A stretch of DNA of 64,000 bases from Carcharhinus longimanus (Eukaryota): contig JASCQW010000133.1 in the NCBI GenBank assembly GCA_030264375.1, positions 43,862,003-43,926,002 on the forward strand. Direction: 5' to 3'. The first letter of the stretch is position 1; each line of letters starts with the position of its first letter. Position numbers and translations under genes: made by a program. Positions 1 through 10,440 of the stretch are shown here, piece by piece. The notes beneath the pieces were generated by a model that did no database searches, had not been told where the DNA came from, and was given only the letters and a program-made list of their open reading frames with translations.

Positions 1-180
1 TTTCATCCCACAGTCCAAAAATGTGTGGGTTAGGTTGATTGGCCACGCTAAGTTGCCCCTTAGCGTCAGGGGAATTAGCAGGGTAAATATGCGGGGTTAC
101 GGGGATGGGGCCTGAGTGGGACTGTGGTCAGTGCAGGCTCGATGGGCCAAACGACCTCCACCCACACTGTCGGGTTTCTA
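1..180 (+). mobile_element. HE1-type V-SINE, 3' part (CR1-like tail)
   Basis: tcccacagtccaaa..ggttaggttgattggcca..ctaa V-domain and gatgggcc..cacactgt tail. Confidence 0.8.
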
Positions 181-299
181 TCACTCTGTTCCAGAGTCAG
201 CGTTGGACTGTAGGGAATGGGGACTCCGATTGGAGGAATTCCCCCTCGGAACCAGGACGTTCCGGGTTAGTGTCTCCCTCCAGAGACCCAGGAGGGTGT

Positions 300-632
300 T
301 GAGCTGACACTCGGCTGCGATGTTGAGGGAGCGCCGCACTGAGTTAAAAAGGCCAATCTGCCTGCTTGGTAGGTTGTAAAAAACAATCCTAGGGCACAAT
401 ATTGGAGGCGTTTAGCCCAATGTCCTGGCCAATAATTATCCTTCAGCCAGCATCACAAAAGAATAGATGATTATTCATTGCTGTTTGTGGGATCTTGCTG
501 TGCACAAATTGGCTGCTGCATTTCCTGCGAGACAACAGTGAGCACATTTCAAAAACAACCTCATTGGCTTTAAAACTCTTTTAAGATGTCTGGTGGTAGA
601 GTGAGGTGTTATATAAATGCAGATCTTTCTTT
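300..632 (+). mobile_element. Deu-domain SINE (SacSINE1/AmnSINE1-related) with L2-like tail
   Basis: tgtcctggccaa...attgctgtttgtgggatcttgctgtgcacaaattggctgctgc core, then ..tatataaatgcagatctttc tail. Confidence 0.65.
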
Positions 633-953
633 CCACACATGGAGGATTCACAGATGTTTCCAGAACAGGGTTTTTTTTGTTCGATGGATTATGAGTTTGA
701 TTGGTAAAGAGAGGCAGCTGGATCAGGGAAAGACCCAAATCTTCCCAGGAATGGCAATGATTATCAGATAGCCATCCTGCTCCTCCGTTTCCCTGGCCTG
801 AGTCTGCTCCACATTTCCGACTCCGGCTACCTCAGCAGTGCGGAGCTGTGATCTGTCCAATCACTTCCTCGTACCACCGGGTTATCGTGGGGGAACACAG
901 GCCCCAATCTTGTGACACCAGCTGCCATGTTCTGGTCAATATTCACTGCCATC

Positions 954-1257
954 GAATCCCTACAGTGCAGAAGGAGGCCATTCAGCCCATCGAGCCTGCA
1001 TCAATAACAATCCCACACTAACCCCAGAACGCCACATATTTACCCTGCTAATTCCCCTGAAAGTAAGGTCAATTTAGCATGGCCAGTCAACCTAACCCGC
1101 ACATCTTTGGACTGTGGGAGGGAACTGGGAGCACCTGAAGGAAACCCACGCAGACACGGGGAGAATGTGCAGTCTCTGCACAGATAGTGACCTGAGGCCA
1201 GAATTGAACCTGGGTCCTTGGCACTGGGAGGCAGCAGCGCTAACCATTGTGCCACCC
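954..1257 (-). mobile_element. HE1-type V-SINE (CR1-like tail)
   Basis: tRNA-like head ggtggcacaatggttagc, V-domain, tail ..cttctgcactgtagggattc. Confidence 0.88.
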
Positions 1258-2449
1258 TGGGGAATTATCCAGGTGGGTAAGTCCGAATTTGTTGAGTGTA
1301 ACTCAGAGCGAGAGATTTCTTTGGAGGGTCCCTGGGAGCAGGGAATGGCTTCTTGGAAGTTCAAACTTCCTGGGCAATTCCTATGGAGTAAGGATTTCCA
1401 ATGGGTTATAAAGCACGTCTTGGGGAGCACATCTGATCTCTAATCATCCAGAAGATCTTAACACTCCACAAGGACCCACAGCTGCCAAAGAAGACAGGGT
1501 GCGATTGCAGAATAAAGAACCTGTTACTGATTCAGTGATATAGTTGATGTTAAGATTGGGGAAAGATGTGCATTTTTCAGGCTGAACTGCAGAGACTCTG
1601 GCTCCGACAGTCAAAATCGAAGCCAAGATCAGTTACAATAGAAAATTAAAAGCACCTTTCCCACTCCCACATCCAAGTCGCTCACATCTGCTCCAACACA
1701 CTGAGCCCTCAAGCTGTGAGAATAGAAAAGAAAAGAAATTTCCTTTCGCTGCTCTCACGCAAGCTTTCCTAACGCTGGCTCCCTATGAACAGGTTAGAGT
1801 AACTCACAGGAGAGACTTTACACAGAACCAGGGAGACAGAGAGTTTTGAAATCAATGCTTCACTTCAGAAACACAGTTCACACTCAGCGTGTCTCTGAGC
1901 GAAGCTCAGACAGCTGCTCACATTGACAAACCAGACTCTAACTGTATGTTTCATGACCCACCAAAAATTGGCACACTGGTTCCGGTCATTCCACATCCAG
2001 AAACGGGATTAACCTCCGGTGGATGAGATGGGAATGTTCTCTCGTGACAGGAACATCGGCTGCAGCCAATAGTAAACACAAAACAGGTGAAGCAGCTGGA
2101 CATAAGGGTGCTACCAGCTACATAACAGCCATTAGACTCTCTTCCCCAGCAACAGGGCAGACCAGGTTTCACTCGGACATATTCGACAAAAATGTGATCA
2201 AGTGTTCCATTAAAACATGAGTTATTTTTAATTTGGGAATCTGGGGCACATCCATTTCAAATTCAGTGTTGAAAACCAGCAGGGATTTGTAATATTAACA
2301 GATAATTACATAACTCAGCAAATTTATCAAAAACATTCACCAAGAGGGGAAGCGATGATCTAGTGGTATTATCACTAGACTATTCATCTAGAAAAGTGGA
2401 TGAACTTATTCTCACGTGTACAATGGAACTATATAAAAAAATCTTTGTC

Positions 2450-2660
2450 ATTACATTCAACATCCATCATTGGAAACATTTTTTCTGGTTGGCTCCTGCT
2501 CTATCCAAGACCACAAGGAACTACAAAAGTGGTGAATGTAGCCCAATCCATCAGGCAAACTAGCCTCCCATCCATTGACTCTGTCTACACTTCCTACTGC
2601 CTCAGCAAAGCAGCCAGCATAATCAAGGACCCCACGCACCCCAGACATTCTCTCTTCCAC
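2450..2660 (+). mobile_element. Rex1/Babar-like LINE fragment (RT C-terminus)
   Basis: Near-identical to 60480-60690; LPSIDSVYTSYCLSKAASIIKDPTHP. Confidence 0.7.
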
Positions 2661-2760
2661 NNNNNNNNNNNNNNNNNNNNNNNNNNNNNNNNNNNNNNNN
2701 NNNNNNNNNNNNNNNNNNNNNNNNNNNNNNNNNNNNNNNNNNNNNNNNNNNNNNNNNNNN

Positions 2761-3050
2761 GGTCGGCGCAACATCGTGGGCCGAAGGGCCTGTTCTGCGC
2801 TGTAATGTTCTATGTTCTATGTTCTATGTTCTAAGTGGGGTCTGACAAGGGTCTTATAAAGTTGCAGCATTACCTGCTGACTCCTAAACTCAATCCCTCG
2901 ATTAATGAAGGCCAGTACACCACATGCCTTCTTGACCACCTCCTCCACCTGCGAGGCTGATTTAAGAGTCCTGTGGACCCAGGCCCCAAGGTCCTTTTGC
3001 TCCTCAACACTGCTAAGACTCCTGCCCTTGATATTGTACTCCTTCATCCG
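2761..3050. mobile_element. CR1 LINE pieces: + strand 3' tail with (gttctat)n and - strand RT fragment
   Basis: KDLGAWVHRTLK..MLQLYKTLVRPHLE on the minus strand; gggccgaagggcctgttctg + gttctat repeats on the plus strand. Confidence 0.8.
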
Positions 3051-3264
3051 GTTCTGTGGGGCAGGGTCTATTTTTATTTGTTTACATCAGGGCACTCTTT
3101 AAAAACAATTCCCTGATTTTTCAAAAACCTAAGTTTCTAGCAGGATGGCCCAATCAGAGCATGGCCTTCCAACATGGCACTTTTTTTTCTACAGACAGTT
3201 TAAAAATACAATGGAGGGCTTTGGTTCCAGTAGCTTCCAGCCCCTTTCTCACGCCCGGATGTGA

Positions 3265-3735
3265 TGCTCTGTCCATGGCTGGTCCAGTTAACTTTCTGGT
3301 CAATAGTAACTCTCAGGTGATAGATTATGTCATTGATTTTCAAGGGGAGGGTGGCTAAACTCACTTGGTGATCATTGCCTGGCATTTGTGTGTCATGGAT
3401 GTTACCGTTAATTAGCCTAAGCCTGGATATTGTCCAGTTCTTGGTGCATGTGGCTATGGGGTCCTTCATTACTAACAGATTTACAAATGGAGTTGTACAT
3501 TGTGCATTCATCAACAAAGATTCCCACTTCTGACCTTATGATGGAAGGAAGATCATTGAAAAAGCAGCTGAAGATGGTTGGGTCTCAGACACTACCCTGA
3601 GGAACTCCTGCAGTAATGTTCTGGCGTTGAAACGATTCTTCCTGAGTAACTACAGAGACCTTTCTTTGTGCTAGGTGTAACTACAGCCAGTGGAGAGTTC
3701 TCTCTGCCTGATTCCTATAGATGTCAATTTTCTGA
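3265..3735 (-). mobile_element. Degenerate non-LTR retrotransposon RT fragment (CR1/L2-group family)
   Basis: Minus strand reads AGVPQGSV*DPTIFSCF..NDLPSIIRSEVGIFVDECTM (RT motifs). Confidence 0.7.
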
Positions 3736-3756
3736 AGAAAGGTCACACAGGCTTAT

Positions 3757-4372
3757 AAGAACATAAGAAACAGGAGCAGGAGTAGGCCATCTATCCCCTC
3801 GAACCTGTCCCGCCATTCAGTAAGATCATGGCAGATCTGAAAGTGGTTCAGTTCCACTTATCTGCCTGCTCCCCATAACCCTTAATTCCTTTATTGATCA
3901 GAAATCTATCTACCTGTGACTTAAACATATTTAATGAGGTAGCCTCCACCGCTTCAATGGGCAGAGAATTCCAGAGATTCATGACCCTCTGAGAGAAGAA
4001 GTTCCTTCTCAACTCTGTTCTAAACTGACCTCCCCTTATCTTGAGGCTGTGCCCTCTAGTTCATCTTTCCTTTCTAAGTGGAAAGAATCCCTCTGCCTCT
4101 ACCTTATCTAGCCCCTTCATTATCTTATATATCTCTATAAGATCCCCCCTCAGCCTCCTAAACTCCAATGAGTACAGGCCCAATCTACTCCATCTCTCCT
4201 CATAATCTAACCCCCTCTTCTCCGGTATCAGCCCAGTGAACCTTCTCTGTACTCCCTCCAAGGCCAATATATCCTTTCGCAAATAAGGGAACCAAAACTG
4301 CACACGGTACTCCAGCTGCGGCCTCACCAGTGCCCTGTACAGTTGCAGCAAGACCTCCCTGCTTTTATATTC
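3757..4372 (-). mobile_element. CR1 LINE 3' end
   Basis: [56 protein letters not shown]; (ttcttatg)n tail. Confidence 0.92.
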
Positions 4373-4543
4373 CTCACATTAAGTTGATCTTTCTCTACAC
4401 TCCAGCTATGACTGTAACACTACATTCTGCACTCTCTCTCCTTTCCTTCTCTCTGAGTGGTATGTTTTGTCTATATACTGCATAAGAAACAGTACTTTTC
4501 ACTGTAGACTAATATATGTGACAATAATAAATCAAATCAAATC
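4373..4543 (+). mobile_element. Rex1/Babar-like LINE 3' UTR
   Basis: Matches 60789-60952; ends tgtgacaataataaatcaaatcaaatc. Confidence 0.75.
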
Positions 4544-4989
4544 ATTCTGTTGCTGGACCTCAGTGTAAAGAAACTGGAGTTTTTGTACCTTTAATGTGGG
4601 AAGACTGAATATTTCATTATTGAGGAGTTGAAGGAACAGAAGGATAACTGGATTTTACTTTTCCAAGGCAGGACCTTCCCAAGACAGGAGGGGGAGAAAT
4701 AGACACACCTTGTCAAATGAGAATTCGATGTTCATGCCAAGCTTGGGTTTCAAAAGTGGCTAGGTTACCAAGGAAGACTGGTGATTAATTCGAACATCGA
4801 TCAGTTAGGAATTACATTGTGCAGAGTGTTCGTTTAGGTGAAAGGGAGGCTCGATCCCGCTGCCTTCCCACATCCACCAGTTGTGTGCAACTGGTTTTGA
4901 GCAGAATCTGCAGTCAGATATCCTCCTGGATGCAAAGGTTTCTTTGTCAGGAACCTCAGGATGGCTGATGGAGTTCAGGTAGAGGGATG

Positions 4990-5230
4990 CAGCAGAGGTT
5001 TATTTCCTCTGAAGAGCAGCAGGCAAATTCTCCCTGGTGTCTGGCAAATATTTCTATCCTTTAATCAACGTCACCAAAACAGATTCACTCCTCATTACCC
5101 ATGGCTGTTTGTGGGAGTGTGCTACACTCATATTCCCTACAACAATATTTGCAAAAGTGCTTCACTGTGTATAAAACATTTTGCAATGTGCTGAGGTTCT
5201 AGAAATATAACGTGTGTAGCTGCAAAGTTC
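4990..5230 (+). mobile_element. Old Deu-domain SINE fragment
   Basis: gaagagcag..ttctccctggtgtc..ggctgtttgtggga core; L2-type tail. Confidence 0.5.
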
Positions 5231-6233
5231 TATTTTCTCTCCTGACTTCAAACAGTGATGTATCAGACACCCCATCGCTCTCCCTTTCCTCCCTCATTGG
5301 GAAGGTGCTCCTGTGGATGTTAAATGAGGCGATTCCTGTTATTCCAGCAACAGGAGTGTTTCACTGTCTTGAGTACTGCTTGTGGATGAACTACTATGGA
5401 GGAGGCTATGATAGGGNNNNNNNNNNNNNNNNNNNNNNNNNNNNNNNNNNNNNNNNNNNNNNNNNNNNNNNNNNNNNNNNNNNNNNNNNNNNNNNNNNNN
5501 NNNNNNNNNNNNNNNNNNNNNNNNNNNNNNNNNNNNNNNNNNNNNNNNNNNNNNNNNNNNNNNNNNNNNNNNNNNNNNNNNNNNNNNNNNNNNNGCTACG
5601 ATGGGGGCAGATACTAATGGAGACATTATACAGAGATATTGTACGGAAAGCCTGTCTGCCTGTCCAGGAAAAGAAAGATACTGTGATGCTATTCGAAGAG
5701 GGGCCTGGGAGTTTCCCCCGACCATCCTGGTAAACTTGTGGAAAAGGCTTCGTTCGGCTGTTTCTCTTTAAGATAAAGAGGGGAATTTGCTGGGAGTAAA
5801 TTAGCTGCTACATTAACAAAAAAAATTCACTGTTGCTGAGATACATCCGGTAAACATGTTGAAACAGGACAGAAATGCAAATCGCTGTGTTACTGTCAGC
5901 TGCAGCTTAATAATCAGAGATTTACAATGCAAAACCAAGACATTAAACTATCAAAGTTCAGCTTTGAGCATCTGCCATTCTTGTTGATGTAAATAAAATA
6001 AATCTTGGATAAAAATAAAAGTTGAAAACGCTGGAAACGCTCAGGAAGCAACTCCTGTGGGGAGAGAAACAGAATTAACTTTCCACCAAAACCTCAAATC
6101 CTGGCCTAGGAGCTGAGCTTTGTGCTCGAGCAGAGTAAACACTGCCCTCAGGAACCTGATCCACCGTTTCACCCAATCCTCCACTGGGCAAAATCCTGGA
6201 GATTTCAAATCACAGAATTTGGTGGTTTTAAAA

Positions 6234-7690
6234 TGTAAGCCACAGAGCTCGAAGGTTGAAACAAACGAGGATTTTTATTGAGAAGATGTTAATTCTGGGA
6301 GATGCTGAGATTGACTTCCCATCAGCCCACGCAAATGGCCAGTGCCATCATCAGTAATCTCACATCTGTCCATTTCACTACAAAGTGAAACACGAAAAAT
6401 AATACAAACGTACAACAATTCCCTTCTCCATTAAATCAAAGGCTCCTAACACCAAAAACAAAATAACATTAACAATCAACATTAGCAATATGAACAATCA
6501 ATAAATAAGGGTCAATAGGTCAGACATTCTGGAGGCCATTGCCCTCTTGTCTTGTTGCTAACGAAACTTAGGTGTCTGCTTTTTAATGTTTGCTGCAACT
6601 TCAGATGTCTTTGGTTTGGTTTGTGCATTGGCCATGGTTGTCTTAACCGGAATCGGCGCAGTGTTCTGAGATAGACTCGGTGTAAAAGTCTTCTCAATTG
6701 AGGGGCTTTCTGCAGTGTTACATTCTCAGGGAGGTCCACATCTTCTCCAGACACAGCTTGATGTGAACTCTCTGTTGGTTCTGTCTCTGGTAAATTTGTT
6801 CTTGCTGCCAAAAGTCAATCCACATGTTTTCTCCAGATTACATCGTCTCATATTTGTATGGTGTAGGAAACCAATCCTGTTGGTGCTAAGACGATGGCAT
6901 GCTTCCATTATCACTTGTGATATAGTTCCTCACCAGAATCGCTTTACCATGACACAAAACATAAGAACATAAGAACATAAAACACCTTATTCTCATGTGT
7001 ATTACCTGAACTTGCTGTTTTTTCTCAACAATTTCTCTTTGGTAATTTAAGCAAATCAAATGCTGTGTGTAATTGGTGTGTAACAATCAGCAATACTGGA
7101 GGAAGTTGGGTTGTTGAGTTTGTTCCTGTACGTCAGCAGGGATTGGCTCAATCATTTAGACATAGAACCTTGTTCTCTAGTTACCTTCACCGAATGTTTT
7201 ATTGTCTGTACAAACCGCTCTGCTAGCCTATTTATAGCAGGATGATAAGGAATGGATCAAATCCCATTCTCCTTTAAATGGTTTGTGAAATCCAGTGAAA
7301 TGATCTGCAGCTTATTGTCACTTACGAGTTGTTCAGGGTAAGTGAATCTGCTGATAATTTCACCAGTCTCCGAGGACGCTGTCTTCAAAACAGCAACTTC
7401 TGGCCATTTCCAGGGCGCATTGACACGAATGAGAAACATTCGTCCTTCGAATGATCTGGCATAATTGATACAAACTCTTTGTAATGGCCCTTCTGGTCAG
7501 CGCCATGGGTCTAATGGAGTTAATGGTGGCAGCTTTCAAACTTTGGTACAAGGCGAACACTTTCCCACCTTCTCCTTGATTTGTCCAGTAAGATCTAGCC
7601 ACCAAATACAGCTTTTGCCCATCCCCTTCATTCTTACAATGCCAGAGTGGCTTTTGTGTAATTGGTTTAACAAACATGACTTATCTCTAT
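6234..7690 (-). mobile_element. Gypsy/Ty3 LTR retrotransposon relic: integrase, PPT and 3' LTR (6234-6417)
   Basis: Minus frame gives LHKSHSGIVRMKGMAKSCIWW..KC..C..PLDPW..RMFLIRVNAPWKWPEV..SRFTYPEQLVSDN..LKENGI (zinc-binding plus DDE core, with stops); PPT GGAGAAGGGAAT abuts a TGT...ACA LTR containing AATAAA. Confidence 0.8.
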
Positions 7691-8667
7691 CTCTGTAACC
7701 TTTCCTTAGCCAGTCATATCTGGATACAGAATTGGCTTAGTCACAGAAGGGAGGGTAGCAGTGGAAGGGTATGTTTCTGAATGGAGGGCTGTGACAAATG
7801 GAGCTCCTCATGGCTCAGTGCTGGGACCTTTGCTGTTCCTTAATAAAGGAGATAAGCTGCCTGTGCAGATAATTTGAGTCTCAAACTACCTGTACCTGCA
7901 GTTTTAACTCAGGGATTGCTCCCGAAGACTTGCCACAAGCACCTCTGACTGTACTGGATGATTCCTGGTTTGCTTGACCTGCAGTTACAGGAGTGTTAGC
8001 TACTTGCTCAAAGTAGAAAATGCTTCCACACAAATGCTTATTGATGTATCATGGGGTAAGGGTAGTCTGGAGAATCCATCAGCATTCCCATGCAGGTTTG
8101 GCTGATACTTTGTTGTGTCCGTGTGCACTGACAACAGCAATGCTCACCTCTGCAACATGCTCGAGGTGGAGGAGGTGGACCCTTCATGAATAACTTCAGC
8201 TGGTGTGGGAATTAAACCCCTCAATATTGGCATCACTAACCAGCTGTCCAGTCAGCTGAACCAAACTGACCACACATCACTTTGCGATCTTGTGCTGAGC
8301 TGGCGGACAGATTGATTTTTCCATCTCTGGGGGTTAAACATTTCAGCAGACAGACAGTTGTGTGTCTCAGGAAACAGCATCATCCAATACAGAAGGGAAA
8401 TTATTTTGCGCCAGTCCACTGACCAACTAACAGAGGGATTTAGCAAAAACAAAGTGAAACTTATTCCTTGCGATGAGGTATTTAGACCATCAGACCTGGT
8501 GAAGAGAGTGTTGAAAACAATAATTCTGTTCCACAACCAGAACTGTTCAATCTTCTGCTGGCTTTATATGAACTACTAGGCATGAGTTTAATCAATGAAT
8601 CTCACATAACAATAAGATTTCATTTTCTCTCTCCTGGCCTTGTTAAACCACATATTATTCTGAAGTT

Positions 8668-9010
8668 TTAAAGTTTATTTATTAATGCCTCAAGTAGGCT
8701 TACATTAACACTACAATGAAGTTACTGTGAAAATCCCCTAGTCGCCACACTCTGGCGCCTGTTCAGGTACANNNNNNNNNNNNNNNNNNNNNNNNNNNNN
8801 NNNNNNNNNNNNNNNNNNNNNNNNNNNNNNNNNNNNNNNNNNNNNNNNNNNNNNNNNNNNNNNNNNNNNNNNNNNNNNNNNNNNNNNNNNNNNNNNNNNN
8901 NNNNNNNNNNNNNNNNNNNNNNNNNNNNNNNNNNNNNNNATTGAATGGCGGGGCAGGCTCGAAGGGCTAGATGGCCTACTCCTGCTCCTATTTCTTATGT
9001 TCTTATGTTC
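8668..9010. mobile_element. V-SINE tail (minus) and CR1 3' tail (plus) either side of a gap
   Basis: aaagtttatttatt..gtaggcttacattaacac V-SINE type-b tail; ggcctactcctgctcctatttcttatgttcttatg CR1 tail. Confidence 0.75.
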
Positions 9011-9570
9011 TTGTCATACTCGCCAACATTATATCAGACAGATACAAACATAACAGTCTTCATTGGCATCAGTTATAATAAAATGTCTCACTTTATTCTT
9101 GTCCATAATCCCATGCCCACCTGTGCCAATCTAACCCATTTCAGAGAAAGTTTTAAGTTTAAAATGGCAAGATGATGTGTCTTAAGACACTGCCCCAGAG
9201 ATGTAATAAGATTGGGTTTGTGATGCGAAATCTGCTCTCCTGTTGTGTTGAAGTCAGGATTTTACGACAATAACTCCGATAATTGGTGACTGTGCGGTGT
9301 TGACCTGAGGGAGTTAACAAGTCATCTGTACGTGAAACCAAGCTTTTCTTCACAGCTGGAGGAAGAAATGGGAAACAAAATCAAACACTTCTCCACTGGA
9401 ACAGAACCACTGGAACTGGCTCCAAAACCCGTCTGCACCTTTTTACACTGCTGACCACTCCATCCTCCTCCATCATTCCAGTTACCAAACTGAGTGAGGA
9501 TTTTTGTCACTTGGTTCACAATCTTGGCAACATCTTTGACCCTGAACTGATCTTCCGAACACAGTTCTAA

Positions 9571-9838
9571 ACTAAAGCTAAAGTTTATTTATTAGCGTCA
9601 CAAGTAGGTTTTATAATTAATACTGCAATGTAGTTACTGTGAAAAATCCACTAGTCGCCACACTCCAGTGCCTGTTCGGGTACAGTGAGGGAGAATTTAG
9701 CACAGCCAATGCACCTGACCAGCACGTCTTTTGGATTGTGGGAGGAAACCGGAGCACCCGGAGGAAACTCACGCAGACACGGGGAGAATGCACAGAATCC
9801 GCACAGTGACCCAAGCCGGGAATTGAACCTGGGTCCCT
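9571..9838 (-). mobile_element. V-SINE (type-b tail)
   Basis: V-domain plus cctcactgtacccgaacaggc..gtaac..aataaacttt tail. Confidence 0.88.
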
Positions 9839-10166
9839 NNNNNNNNNNNNNNNNNNNNNNNNNNNNNNNNNNNNNNNNNNNNNNNNNNNNNNNNNNNNNN
9901 NNNNNNNNNNNNNNNNNNNNNNNNNNNNNNNNNNNNNNNNNNNNNNNNGCCTCTGCCTCACCCCACTTGCTGCCAAAACCCTGATTCATACTTCTGTTAT
10001 TTCTACACCTGACCGACACTCCAGGCCAGTCTCCCATCATTGCATCTTCTGTGAACTTTCTGCTTGTGCCCTGACTCATAGAATTCCTATTTACCTATCA
10101 TCTTGTACTCATTGATTTACATTACCTCCATGTTAAATAACATCTTGATTTTAAAATTATCATTTA

Positions 10167-10440
10167 TGTGGCACAGTGGTTAGCACTGCTACCCCTCAGT
10201 GCCAGGGGCCCGGATTCAAATCCAGCCTCGGTTAACTGTGTCTGGAGTTTGCACATTCTCCCTGTCTACGTGGGTTTTCTCCGGGTGTTCTGGTTTCCTC
10301 CCACAATCCAAAGATGCGCAGGTTAGGTGGATTGGCAGGGCAAATACATAGGGTTATGGGGATAAATCTTGGGTTGAATTGCTCTTGGTGCAGGCTCAAT
10401 GGGCTGAATGGTCTCCTTTTGGAATGTAAGGATTCTCCAT
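10167..10440 (+). mobile_element. HE1-type V-SINE (CR1-like tail)
   Basis: gtggcacagtggttagcactgct head, V-domain, gggctgaatggtctcc tail. Confidence 0.85.

Noticed and set aside
1548-2217. Possible solo LTR (TG...CA)
   Set aside because: No clear target-site duplication or second copy in the window
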